Source of the DNA: Eledone cirrhosa
Lineage: Eukaryota
Direction: 5' to 3'
NCBI GenBank assembly: GCA_964016885.1
Contig: OZ024749.1
Coordinates: 20,026,001-20,090,000 of the forward strand
Length of the DNA stretch: 64,000 bases
The notes under the pieces are model-generated. The model made no database searches and was not told where the DNA came from. It worked only from the letters and a program-made list of their open reading frames with translations. Position 1 is the first letter of the stretch; each line of letters opens with the position of its first letter. Of this stretch, positions 24,100 through 36,756 are shown piece by piece. The position numbers and the translations under genes are program-made.

Positions 24100-27000
24100 A
24101 AAATGACCATGCTGTAAAATGGAGGGGTAGAGAGGGCCCTTGAGTCTAGTAAGACATCCTCTCTAGTGCTGGTGGCACAAATAAAAGCACCCAGTCCATG
24201 CTGTAAAGTGGCGCTGGTGTTAGGAAGGGCATCCAACCAGTGTATCAATGCCAAAAAGCTTATCAGCACAGCAACAAAACAGCATAGAAAAAAATATGAA
24301 GACGTCGCATCTCAGAGTTGCAACACTTAATGTTGGCACTCTCAGAGGTAGATCTGCTGAAATAGCGGAGATGCTGGAGAGAAGGCAGGTGGATGTGTGC
24401 TGCGTGCAAGAGGTGAGATGGAGAGGTGCCTCTGCGAGACTAGTCGTAGGCAAGCGTCTTAGCTATAAGCTATTCTGGGTAGGTAAGGATGATGGGTTAG
24501 GGGGAGTAGGCATTTTCCTGGCTGAGAAATGGATCAATAAGACAATAGAGGTAGTTCGAGTTAGTAATCGAATAATTAAGCTTAGATTAGTTGTAGGTAG
24601 GAGACTACTGACAATCATCTCGGTCTATGCTCCCCAAGCAGGCCTAGGCAAAGATGAGAAAGACTGCTTTTATGAGCAACTTTTGCAAACAACCACAATG
24701 ACAGAGGACGGAGACATCGTTATGCTAGCAGGAGACTTCAATGGTCATGTTGGACAGCTCCAGGATGGTTACACTGGGGTACATGGTGGGCATGGTTACG
24801 GTTCAAGAAATGAAGAAGGAGTGAGACTTCTTGAATTTTGTGATGCAAGTACATTGACTATTTGCAACACAAACTTCCAGAAACCTGCCAATCACCTAAT
24901 AACCTACAAATCTGGTGAGCACATAAGCCAGATTGACTTCCTGCTAGTTAGGCAGCGGGACAGGCAGATAGTGTCTAATACCAAGGCATACCCTGGGGAA
25001 GAATGTACCCCACAGCATAGGTTAGTTGTTAGTGATATCTCAGTAAGCAAGAGATGGAATGAGCCATATAGGAAGGTGTGGAGAAGAAAGGTCTGGAAGC
25101 TAAAAGACCTTTCACTAAAATTCAAATTTAGGAAAGCCCTTCAAGATGTATATGACGAAAAAGAAGACGATTTAGAGACGTATGACATAGATAATAACTG
25201 GAAGTTCTTACGTGACAACTTGCTGAAGGCTACTGATGAAACTTGTGGCTGGAGCAGAGCCCCAACCAGACAGAGAGTGACCTGGTGGTGGAACAGCAGT
25301 GTAGATAAGGCTATTAGAGACAAAAGACTAGCATGGAAGGCTTGGAATAAGGGTGGGAGTAGGGAAGAATATACAGCCACTAAGAGAGAAGCTAGACGTC
25401 AGGTGTACTTAGCACGCAGGGAGGCAGAGAGTAGGAGGTTTGCCAATGTTCTGCGACGGGAAGATCAGAGGCGTGCGGTGTTCCACATTGCAAGGCAGTG
25501 TGTCAATGCAAATCAGGATGTTGTTGGTGATAAATGTGTCCGGGATGATGCCGGTGTACTTAGTGTCACGAATGACCAGAAAAAGGAGGCCTGGAAATGC
25601 CATTATGAGAGACTGATGAATGTGGAGAACGAATGGGAGAGAGAGAAATTACCCTTGGTAGATCCGACAGAGGGACCAGCTATTGAGATTGACGAATATA
25701 GGGTCCAAGAGGCGATTAGGGAAATGAAAAATGGTAAGGCGGCCGGACCATCGGGAATAGTTGCTGAGATGCTGAAGGCATCAGGGGACGTAGGCACTAA
25801 ACTGGTTGCACGCATAATCAATCAGGCTATATATGGTGGTGTCATACCCAAAGACTGGTGCAGCAGTATTCTCATAAATTGCTACAAAGGTAAAGGGGAT
25901 GCTTTGGAGAGGAGCAATTATAGGGGTATAAAACTGATAGATCAGGTTATGAAAGTGGCAGAAAGGATTTTAGCACAACTAATTAGAGAAAGGGTCAAAC
26001 TAGATGAGATGCAGTTTGGTTTTGTGCCTGGGAAGAGTACAACAGATGCCCTCTTCTTGGTGAGACAAATGCAAGAGAGGTTCTTAGAGAAGAATAAGCC
26101 ACTATACTTGGCCTTTGTTGACCTAGAGAAGGCCTTTGATAGGGTACCCCGATCTGTCATCTGGTGGTCCCTAAGGAAGCTGGGTGTTGAGGAATGGCTT
26201 GTAAGGACAGTGCAAACTTTGTACAGAGGTACTCTCAGTAAAGTCAGGGTAGGAATGGAGTTTAGTGAGGAATTCCAGATACAAGTAGGAGTACATCAGG
26301 GTTCGGTCCTCAGCCCGCTCTTGTTCATTATAGTCCTCCAAGCCATAACAGAGGAGTTTAAGACTGGCTGTCCATGGGAACTTCTCTATGCTGACGATCT
26401 GGCTCTTATGGCAGAATCAGTAGAGGAGCTAGAGAATAAATTCCGGCTATGGAAACAGCAGTTGGAAGCAAGAGGACTGAGAGTAAATCTAGCTAAGACA
26501 AAAGTGTTGATGAGTAGAAAAGAGGACAAAACCCTGATTCCGTCAGGGAAATGGCCATGTTCGATATGCAGAAAAGGAACTGGCATAAATTCTATAAAAT
26601 GCACACAATGTAGGTCCTGGGTACACAAGAGATGTAGCGGGATAGCAGGCAAACTAACAGGTAGGGAGAAATATGTATGCAGTAGATGTACAGGGAAATT
26701 AGACAGTAGAAGTCGCACTGATAGACACATTTTTCAAATGCGAGAGGGCGCTATAGAAGTGGTGGATAGCTTCCGGTACCTAGGAGATCAGATTAGCATG
26801 GGAGGAGGGTGTTCCGAGGCCATAGTATCTAGAATAAGGACGGGTTGGAAGAAGTTTAGGGAGCTGCTTCCTCTGTTGACGAAGAAGGGTTTCTCCCTGC
26901 GTACGAAAGGCCGGTTGTATGATGCCTGTGTGAGGAGCGCGATGCTGCATGGTAGTGAGACATGGGCAGCTACCGCAGAAGATATGCGACGGCTGGAGAG

Positions 27001-27388
27001 AAATGAGGCAAGCATGCTCCGTTGGATGTGCAGTGTAAATGTGCGTGAATACCCAGCATAAATGTGTTGAGAGAGAAACTGTGTCTGAGAGGGATAGAAT
27101 GTAGTGTACGGGAGAGGAGACTGAGGTGGTATGGACATGTGATGCGCATGGAGGATGACCGATGGGTGAAGAAGTGCCAGGAAATGCCAGTTGAAGGAAG
27201 ACGTAGTAGAGGTAGACCACGAAAAACATGGGCGGAGGTGGTGAGAACAGACCTCAGATCATTGAAGCTCACGGTGGAGATGACGAGGGACCGTGACGAG
27301 TGGAGAGATGCTGTGCTGAATAAGACCCGTCCCACCCTTGCAAGCAGGGAAAAGCGGACGTAAAATGATGATGATGATGATGATGATA
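24100..27388 (+). mobile_element. Near-intact full-length RTE-clade LINE (family A)
   Basis: 5' UTR, single ORF and (TGA)n tail. Confidence 0.97.
24248..27363 (+). CDS. RTE ORF: APE endonuclease + reverse transcriptase + PHD-like finger; one 1-nt frameshift near 27052
   Basis: APE motifs TLNVGTL, VQEVRW, SVYAPQ, AGDFNGHVG, IDFLL and QHRLV; RT motifs QFGF, DLEKAFD, GVHQGSVLSP and YADD. The 937-aa ORF continues in another frame as LREKL...RWYGHV...RGRPRKTW. Confidence 0.95.
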
Positions 27389-27443
27389 TTATTAAAAAAA
27401 TAATGAATAAACAAAGAAACAGTTCCTTATATTAAAAAAAATT

Positions 27444-27585
27444 TCATTATTTTACGATCGTTTCTAGGATATATATGTGTTAGAGTTGGTATGCATATTC
27501 TATAGATCTATGTACAATATTTATACAAACTATCAGAGGGAATATACATACCTACACATATATATGCTGTCTTCAGAAATAATGA
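27444..27585 (-). ncRNA. Type I hammerhead ribozyme with a very long stem-loop II
   Basis: TCATTATTT-CTGAAGA-CAGCATATATATGTGT...ACACATATATATCCTA-GAAA-CGATCG-TA-AAATAATGA (9-bp stem I, palindromic stem III). Confidence 0.75.
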
Positions 27586-28039
27586 TACTTGTTTATTGAT
27601 AAGAACAAAGATTCATCTTGACTCTGTTTTCCGTTTATTTTTCACCGAAAGTAGTTTTTGAATGCATCTTCTCTTTTCATGATATCCGGATTACATTGAG
27701 TTCTTCATATGGATTGGACACTACCGTAAACTTTTGGTAGATTTTCCTACATATATATATATATACATATAATGTGTGTATGTGTGTGTTTGTCTGTATA
27801 TATATTTATGTGTGTGTCTCATCCATGTCCATATGTGTGTTTGCAGTGAGTGTGTGTGTATGTCTGTATGTATATATATATATGTGTGTGTTTGTGCGTC
27901 TGTGTCGCATGTCCATGCTTATATATATATATATGTGTGTGTGTTTGCTGCGTGTGTGTGGGGGGCGGGAGGCATCTGGAATCTGAAATGTATTACCTAT
28001 TCTCTCTGTACTGTATCATAACTGTACTGACACTGCCAT

Positions 28040-29409
28040 TATTATCACCATCATCGTCATCATTAGCACCACCGGTGTCATCATAATTTCCACCAGCATG
28101 GCCCCAATATATCACCTCCACCATCACCACTGCCACCACCATCACCACCACCACCATTACCACCCTTCTCCATCACAACCACCACCACCACCATCTCCAC
28201 CACCACCACCACCGCCACCACCATCACCACCACCACCATTACCACCATTCTCCATTACAACCACCACCTCCACCACCACCACCACCATCACCACCACCAC
28301 CACCACCATCACCATCACCACCACCATCACCACCACTACCACCCTTCTCCATCACAACCACCACCACCACCACTATCTCCATCACCACCACCATTACCAC
28401 CCTTCTCCATCACAACCACCACTACCATCACCACCACCACCACCTCCACTACCCCCCCCCCCCCACACCTCCACCACCATCACCACCACCACTACCACCA
28501 GCTCCACCAACACCACCATCACCACCTCCACCACATCTGCCTATATCTACCCACCCTCCTACCTATATCTACCCACCCATCCACCTATATCTACCCACCC
28601 ATCTACCTATAATTACCCACCCTCAAACCTATATCTACCCACCCATCCATTTATATCTACCCACCCATCTACCCACACTCCTACCTATATCTACCCACCC
28701 ATCTACCCACCCACCTACCTATTTCTACCCACCCATCCACCTATATCTACCCACCCATCTCCCTATATCTACCCACCCTTCTTCCTCTATCTACCCACAC
28801 ACCCACCTATATTTAATATATATCTACCCACCCTCCCACCAATATCAATTTACACACCCACCCGACCTCTCACCCTGTCACCCGGCTAGTTAGACACCAA
28901 CCTAAAACCTGGTGATCAAATTTGTAACATCAGTAGTAGTAGTGCTGGTGGTAGTAGTAGTAAAGGTAGTGGTGGTGGCAGTAGTAGTAGTGGTGGTGGT
29001 GGTGGTAGTAGTAGTGCTGGTGGTAGTAGTAGTAATGGTGGTGGTAGTGGTAGTAGTGGTGGCGGTAGTAATAGTAGTGCTGGTGGAGGTAGTAGTAGTA
29101 ATGGTGGTGGTGGTAGTGCTGGTGGTGGTGGTAGTAGTAGTGCTGGTGGAGGTAGTAGTAGTAATGGTGGTGGTGGTGGTAGTGCTGGTGGTGGTGGTAG
29201 TAGTAGTGCTGGTGGAGGTAGTAGTAGTAATGGTGGTGGTGGTGGTAGTGCTGGTGGTGGTGGTAGTAGTAGTGCTGGTGGAGGTAGTAATGGTGGTAAT
29301 GGTGGTAGTGCTAGTGGTGTTGGTAGTAGTAGTGCTGGTGGAGGTAGTAGTAGTAATGGTGGTGGTGATGGTAGTAATAGTAATGGTGGTGGTGGTAGTG
29401 CTGGTGGAG

Positions 29410-29458
<49 letters not shown>

Positions 29459-29952
29459 TAGTAGAAGTAGTGGTAGTAGTAGTAGTAAGGTAGTGGTAGA
29501 GGTAGTAGTTGTGGTGATAGCAGGAGTGGTAGTGGTGGTAATAGTAGTAGTAGTAGTAGTATTAGTACCAGTAGTGGTAGTATTAGTAGTGGTGGTGGTA
29601 GCAGTAGTAATTTTGGCGGTGGTAGTAGTGGTGATGGTGCAGGTGGTAGTAGTAGTAATGGTGGTAGTACTAGTAGCAGTAGTGTTCACAGTATTAGTAT
29701 TAGTAGGTAGTAAGGGTAGTGAGTAGTACCAGTAGTGAGTAGTAGTAGCTAGTGCTGTGGTAGTAGTAGTAGTAGTAGTAGTAGGTAGCCTGTATGTAGG
29801 TAGTAGTAGTAGTGGTAGTGTGGTAGTGGTGAGTAGTAGTGGTGAGTAGTAGTAGTGGTGGTGTTAGGTGGTAGTGGTGGTAGTAGTAGTAGTAATAGTG
29901 GTGGGGTGGTGGTGGTAGTAGCAGTAGTACCAGTAGTAGTAGTAGTAGTACC

Positions 29953-29992
<40 letters not shown>

Positions 29993-30560
29993 CCAATAGT
30001 AGTAGTAGTGGTGGTGGTGGTGGTGGTAGTAGTAGTGGTGGTGGTGGTGGTGGTGGTGGTAGTAGTAGTGGTAGTGGTGGTGGTGGTGGTGGTGGTGGTG
30101 GTAGTAATAGTAGTAGTTGTAGTGGTAGTGTTGGTGGTGGTGGTTGTAGTAGTAGTAGTAGTAGTAGTAGTGGTAATGGTAGTGGTGGTGGTGGTGGTGG
30201 TAGTAGTGGTGGTGGTGGTGGTAGTAGTAGTAGTAGTGGTGATGGTGGTAGTAGTAGTGGTGGTGGTGGTGGTAGTAGTAGTAGTAGTAATAGTTAATAT
30301 CAACCATCTGTTTCCTCTTAAATTGATTATCTTCCCTCATACATTAACTTGATACTATTGTTCATGTTGTTATTGTTGTCGTTGGTGGTGGTGGGGGTGT
30401 TGTTGTTGGTGGGGGGTGGTAGTGATGGTGGTGGTGATGTTGTTGGTGATGTTGTTGGTGGTAGTGGTGGTGGTAGTGGTGGTGTTGTTGGTGGTGGTAG
30501 TGATGGTGATGTTTGTTGTTGGTTGTGGTGCTGGTGGTGGTGTTGTTGTTTGTTGTCATT
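28040..30560. repeat. (CCA)n, (CCTATATCTACCCACC)n and (GTA/GGT)n low-complexity block
   Basis: Direct reading. Confidence 0.95.
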
Positions 30561-30591
30561 GATATGTTTTTATTATGTTTCTGTACATGTT

Positions 30592-30625
<34 letters not shown>

Positions 30626-30946
30626 CTCTTGGGAACATTGGAATAAGCAGTGGGGGATGCTGATGGAAAAAGAAAAAATCTGAAAAATTAATAAGCTGGG
30701 GGGGGGGGGGGGGACTTTTATTGAAGATATGGGAATATATATATATTACTATATATATATATATATATTACTATATATATATATATTACTATATATATAT
30801 ATATATATATATATACAAAGAGATATTTAATTTGCTGGTAATTCAGCAAATTTATTTACTATAACAGATTCGAAGCACTCTACAGACACCTGGAGTATAA
30901 TATCAATGATATTAAATAAATGGAAACTATATTTATAAAACCATAT

Positions 30947-31012
30947 TTATTTTATTATATATATTTCAAGGGTACCAAAAAAAACTTTGGTACGCTCTCA
31001 TCAGATAAAATA
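30947..31012 (-). ncRNA. Type I hammerhead ribozyme
   Basis: TATTTTAT-CTGATGA-GAGCGTACCAAA..TTTGGTACCCTT-GAAA-TATATA-TA-ATAAAATA (8-bp stem I). Confidence 0.85.
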
Positions 31013-31143
31013 CAAAATTTGTTTTATAAATAGTGACATACTCGATAAACCAGACCTTAATGGTTCAGGTTCCATTTGGATAGTCCATTTGGATATATAT
31101 ATATAAAACGACCTAAAGAAAATATATCATATATATGTATGTA

Positions 31144-31181
<38 letters not shown>

Positions 31182-31814
31182 AAAGATTAGAGGTGTAACA
31201 CACGAGTTATGATATATTGGTAAAAGGAAAAGAAAATGCTGACAAATTGTTCCCAGTGAAAAAAAGTTTAATTAGGAATAAGTAAAAATTAGTAATAGTA
31301 TTGGTTAGTATTCAGTTTTGGTTTTAAACTGTCAGCAGGCTGCGGTTCGCACACACATCCCTGCTGACCATTATCACAACAACAAACCTCTTTACTACTA
31401 CTACTACACACACATATTTGTCTTGAAAGACTTATTTTTCAGTGATTTCTCAATCAGCCCAGACAAACCTACATTTGGCGCAAAATCAATTTTTAACATT
31501 CACATGACCTCTACCGACCAATCAAAATTGTTTTGACCACAAGAATTTTTTCATACATCTGGAGCCACTTTTTTTTACATAATTTCCAAATAGAATTTCC
31601 AAAACTAATCAGATTAGAGCAAACATCACGGGCGCTCTATCTCAAAATTATTTTTGAAAAGCATTAGAAATGCGCAACCGGTAAAACTTAAAACCAAAAC
31701 AGAATACTAACCAATACTATTACTTGTGTAAGTTGGGGAAAAAAGCAATACAATCTTAACTCAAAATAAAATCAAGAAAAATACTTAACTGTCAATTTGG
31801 GGAAAACTACAAAT

Positions 31815-31894
31815 GCACTATATAGTCTTAAAAGACTATTTCACGAAACTTTTCAGTGGGGTTAGTCACGGTTGGGGTCGATCTTCAGTAGTGC
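31815..31894 (-). ncRNA. Type I hammerhead motif with stable stem III and degenerate stem II
   Basis: GCACTA-CTGAAGA-(39 nt)-GAAA-TAGTCTT-TT-AAGACTA-TA-TAGTGC. Confidence 0.65.
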
Positions 31895-31979
31895 TCAACA
31901 CATTAACTGAATCTTACTGTTAAATTGCCGGAGGGGAATTAAAAGCAGGCAAGCGAACAGCTTGTACATATATATACAT

Positions 31980-33505
31980 ACATCATCATCATCATCATCA
32001 TTTTATGTCCACTTTTCCCTGCTTGCAAGGGTGGGACGGGTCTTATTCAGCACAGCATCTCTCCACTTGTCACGGTCTCATTTCTCTCCAGCCGTCGCAT
32101 ATCCTCTGCAGTTGCTGCCCATGTCTCACTGCCATGCAGCATCGCGCTCCTCACACAGGCATCATACAACCGGCCTTTCGTACGCAGGGAGAAACCCTTC
32201 TTCGTCAGCAGAGGAAGCAGCTCCCTAAACTTCTTCCAACCCGTCCTTATTCTAGATACTATGGCCTCGGAATACCCCCCTCCCATGCTAATCTGATCTC
32301 CTAGGTACCGGAAACTATCCACCACTTCTATAGCACCAACCTACATTTGAAAAATGTGTCTATCAATGCGACTTCTACTGTCTAAATTCCCTGTACATCT
32401 ACTGCATACATATTTCTCCCTACCTGTTAGTTTGCCTGCTATCCCACTACATCTCTTGTGTACCCAGGATCTGCATTGTGTACATTTTATAGGATTTATG
32501 CCAGTTCCTTTTCTGCATATCGAACATGGCCATTTCCCTGACGGAATCAGAGTTTTGTCCTCTTTTCTACTCATCAACACGTTTGTCTTAGCTAGGTTCA
32601 TTCTCAGTTCTCTTGCTTCCAACTGCTGTTTCCATAGCCAGAATTTATTCTCTAGCTCCTCTACTGATTCTGCTATAAGAACCAGATCGTCAGAGATGTT
32701 CCCATGGATAGCCAGTCTTAAACTCCTCTGTTATGGCTTGGAGGACTATAATGAACAAGAGCAGGCTGAGGACCGAACCTTGATATACTCCTACTTGTAT
32801 CTGGAATTCCTCACTAAACTCCATTCCTACCCTGACTTTACTGACAGCACCTCTGTACAAAGTTTGCACTGTCCTCACAAGCCATTCCTCAACACCTAGT
32901 TTCCTTAGGGACCACCAGATGACAGATTGTGGTACCCTATCAAAGGCCTTCTCTAGGTCAACAAAGGCTAAGTATAGTGGCTTATTCTTCTCTAAGAACC
33001 TCTCTTGTAATTGTCTCACCAAGAAGAGGGCATCTGTTGTACTTTTCTCAGGCACAAAACCAAACTGCATCTCATCTAGTTTGACCCTTTCTCTAATTAG
33101 TTGTGCTAATATCCTTTTTGCCACTTTCATAACCTGATCCATCAGTTTTATACTCCTATAATTGCTCCTCTCCAGAGCATCCCCTTTACCTTTGTAGCAA
33201 TTTATGAGAATACTGCTGCACCAGTCTTTGGTTATGACACCACCATATATAGCCTGATTGATGATGTGTGCAACCAGTTTAGTGCCTATGTCTCTTGATG
33301 CCTTCAGCATCTCAGCAACTATCCCAACGGTCCAGCAGCCTTACCATTTTTCATTTCCTTAATCGCCTCTTGGACCCTATATTCGTCAATCTCAATAGCT
33401 GGTCCCTCCGTCGGATCTACTGAGGGTAATTTCTCTTTCTCCCATTCGTTCTCCACATTCATCAGTCTCTCATAATGACATTTCCAGACCTCCTTTTTCT
33501 GATAC
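31980..33505 (-). mobile_element. 5'-truncated RTE family A copy with internal deletion
   Basis: Translations closely match the 24248 ORF (RT, PHD-like insert, C-terminus). Confidence 0.95.
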
Positions 33506-33778
33506 ATATTTATATATATATATATATATACATTTATGTTTAGTGGTTCACCACTGGATAGAACTGGTCATTTTGTTTAGTTAACTACGATGTAATAGTA
33601 GGAAAAGCATTCTACGTTACACAACTCTTCCAATTGAATCCTGTGTTTGGTGCAGGAATGGAGTTAAATATTGGTTTGATTAAAACAACAGGTGGTGTAC
33701 CTTTAAAGTTTTATTGTTAACAATGAAACTTTAAAGGAACATCACCAGTCTGGCTTCTTCTTGTTTTAATCAAACAAA

Positions 33779-33837
<59 letters not shown>

Positions 33838-34106
33838 AGTGTAACGAGCTGTTACTGTAGGTTTTCTCTGTTGATTACAGAGTCGGTCCAGATCGATACA
33901 GATCGAACCTTGAGCTGATCAATAGTGAAACATGCGTCACTACTCAATAAACGTACTGAAAACATAAAAAAATGTCCTTTTATTATATATATATCGACAA
34001 GATCCCAGACTTCATATATGAATAAAGAATATGGCAGAAAATTTTGAAATGATCAATGGAATTAAAAATAATCCAAATAACGGGACATAACAGAAAGAAA
34101 TGGACA

Positions 34107-34180
34107 TTAGCACCTGCTGAACATGAACCCACCCCTTCATGCTTGCCAGGCAGAGATGCTACCATTACATTGTAGTGCCC
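34107..34180 (-). pseudogene. Degenerate tRNA-like sequence (Ala-like, GGC at the anticodon position); probably an old SINE head
   Basis: GGGCACTACAATGTAATGGTAGCATCTCTGCCTGGCAAGCATGAAGGGGTGGGTTCATGTTCAGCAGGTGCTAA: acceptor-like GCAC/GTGC, D-loop TGGT, anticodon arm TGC-CTGGCAA-GCA and GGTTCA. Confidence 0.45.
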
Positions 34181-35339
34181 ATCACATTTGTTTCCATGCC
34201 CCTTTACTGTCTGAGTTCAAATCCCGCCGAGGTTAACTTTGCCTTTCATCCTTACAGGGTCGATAAAATAAAGCACCAGTAATGCACTGGGATAATTGCC
34301 AAAAGTAGAAACAATTATTTTAAAGCTATGAAGGCACGTGGCTGAGTGGTTAGAGAATTGGATTCGCAATTGTGAGGTTGTGAGTTCGATTCCTGGTCCA
34401 AGTGTTGCATTATAACCTTGAGTAAGACACTTTATTTCACATTGCTACTTCTTCCTGCAGTCAAGACCGGTAGATAGTTTTAGCAATTGGAAAGACCAAT
34501 GGAAACATTGTTTCCTTGGTCCGATTTGACGTGGTCTGCGATCTTGTTGATCGACTGTAGATATAGAATATGGTAGTGAGAAATAAACATTCTTGAAAAG
34601 TACAAGATATCACTTGACAAATAAAGGTCTTTACTCTAATACTGCTAATTCTCTCAACAATCTGTCCACCATAAAAGATACTATAAACACTTGAATTAAG
34701 AAACCACATGAAACCACATTGGTGAGACCTTCTTTTTCTTGAGAAGGTTGTGAAGGCAGTATCCTTATGCATGCCTTCCAGATGGTCCTATCGAAAGCAA
34801 TCTTCTCCAATCGATCCAACAAGATCCCTAAGTGAGACTAACTGAGTTCATAGATGTTATTCAACCATTTTACTTGTGGTCTGCCTCTGGTTCTTCTGCT
34901 GTCTGGCTTTGCCCATAAATGACATTCATGAAAAGTACAAAACAACAGTATGACTACATCGCATTAAAAAAAATGTCTTTACTTTAATACTGAAAATCTT
35001 CACAACACTCTGTCCACTAGTAAAGATACTATAAACATTTGAATTAACAAACCACATGAAACCTCATTAGCAAGACATTCTTGTAAAGTATAAAACAGTT
35101 ATGTGACTGCATCACATTAAATATTAAAGTCTTTACTTTAATACTACAAATTTTCACAACAATCTGTCCACCAGTAAAGATTCTATGAACATCTGAAATA
35201 ACAAACCTGTTTTTACATATTTTCTGCTAATTCATTGCAGGATGCTAAAAGATTAAGATTAAAAACACTGAATAAATTTTAATTAGAAAAGAATTTAATT
35301 TTCAATAAAATAAGAATAAAATCTAATTTTGTTTTCCAG

Positions 35340-35501
35340 AACTTTGTGTGGAACACGAAGATGCCTCATTTCTGAAATTAAGATACACTGGAGACATTTC
35401 ACAGATTGTGACCATTGGTAAACATAGCTACCTGCTACCACCCAACAGTACATTTTTACTGTCCAATTTGGACACCTTCAGACAGATATACCAGCATACA
35501 G
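35340..35501 (+). CDS. METTL4: METTL4 (MT-A70 family N6-adenine methyltransferase) coding exon, phase 1/1
   Basis: ttccAG|..LCVEHEDASFLKLRYTGDISQIVTIGKHSYLLPPNSTFLLSNLDTFRQIYQHT(G)|GTgaag; matches the METTL4 YLLPPKSSFLLSD segment. Confidence 0.85.
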
Positions 35502-35729
35502 GTGAAGTCTTCTTTTTCATATTGTAACCATTTAAAACCATTTAGCATTTAAACCGACCATATCTGGCCAGAATTCTCTCACCTCTGTCTGTTCAAACCT
35601 TAAGTTATAGTTCTCAAAATAAATAATAGCAAAATCTCGTAGATTTGATATTATGTGAGATAATTATGTGAGGTAAAGCCTTTACCATGAAAATACAATA
35701 GTAAATATAGAGTAATGTAAGTGCTAAGT

Positions 35730-35805
35730 AGCTACCTGTTGTATTCCAACAGTACATTTCTACTGTCCAACTTGGATACCTTCAGACTGGTGTACCAATT
35801 TACAG
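35730..35805 (+). pseudogene. Diverged duplicate of the 3' half of the preceding METTL4 exon, with donor site
   Basis: SYLLYSNSTFLLSNLDTFRLVYQFT(G)|GTgagg versus SYLLPPNSTFLLSNLDTFRQIYQHT(G)|GTgaag. Confidence 0.85.
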
Positions 35806-36689
35806 GTGAGGTGATCTACAGTTTGGACTTATAGTTTGACCAGTGAAGTCTTGGTGAAAATTGAATGATTGTTGATCTTTTCGTTATATTTCTAATGAAA
35901 GACTCTGCCACCTTATGATTTTCAAATAAAAAAAAAAGAAAAAATTTGAAGGATTTAGTATTATAACTAACTTTCTCATTATTAGATTGGTGCTTGGAAC
36001 ATAACTTAACCCTTTAGCATTTAAACCAGCCGTATCTGGCCAGAATTATCTCACCTCTTTCTGTTCAAACTGGCCATAAGTGGCTGCTCATAGTAATGTT
36101 AAGGTATTGTTCTCCAAATGAATAATATCAAAATCTCATAGATTCAATATTATGTGAGATAATCATGAGAGATAAAGTCTTTACAACAAAAATACAATAG
36201 TATATATAGAGTAATGTAAATGCTAAAGGGTTAACAAAGGTTTTTCCATAAAATTATGATGGAAAGTTATATAGATAAATATAAACACTTTAGAGCAGTG
36301 GTTTCCAATCTTTTTTGTTCCATGCCCCACCTCAACATCTTGTTCCTTTTGATATAAAAATAAACTAAGTTTTGTAAAAGTGTAATTATTGTAATATTAA
36401 GTAGGAATCCTTTAATTAAACAAAACTAAAAATTAAGGCAAACAATTTTTTCTTCCAATTTAAGTTCAACTTAACTCACCAGAATTGAAGATAACGAGTT
36501 TGGCTTTTACGCCTACCCCATATTGGAGCACCACCATAAAACATGCTCCAGCTGACTGGGCGAGGCCATGCTGGAGCACTGCCATAAAACATGTAAACAG
36601 ACTCTTTTACCTGCTCCAACTGACTGACTGAGGCCATGCTGGGGCACTGCCTGTAAATATTTTAAATGTATTTCTCTGTTTGTCTCTAG

Positions 36690-36756
36690 GTGGACCATTT
36701 GATGTGATTTCACTTGACCCACCCTGGCAAAATAAATCTGTGAAGAGATTGAAATC
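36690..36756 (+). CDS. METTL4: METTL4 catalytic-motif exon, phase 1/2
   Basis: tctctAG|(G)GPFDVISLDPPWQNKSVKRLK(S)|GTaagt; DPPW motif IV. Confidence 0.95.

Noticed and set aside
28098-30663. His/Val/Thr-rich ORFs
   Set aside because: Trinucleotide microsatellites.
33855-33952. Possible further hammerhead (CTGTTGAT/ATCAATAG-T-GAAAC-ATGC-GTC-ACTAC..AATAAA)
   Set aside because: The 3' half fits, but no CUGANGA or UUGANAA core is present; at best a dead remnant.
34107-34180. Functional tRNA gene
   Set aside because: The D and T arms do not pair properly; kept only as a degenerate relic.
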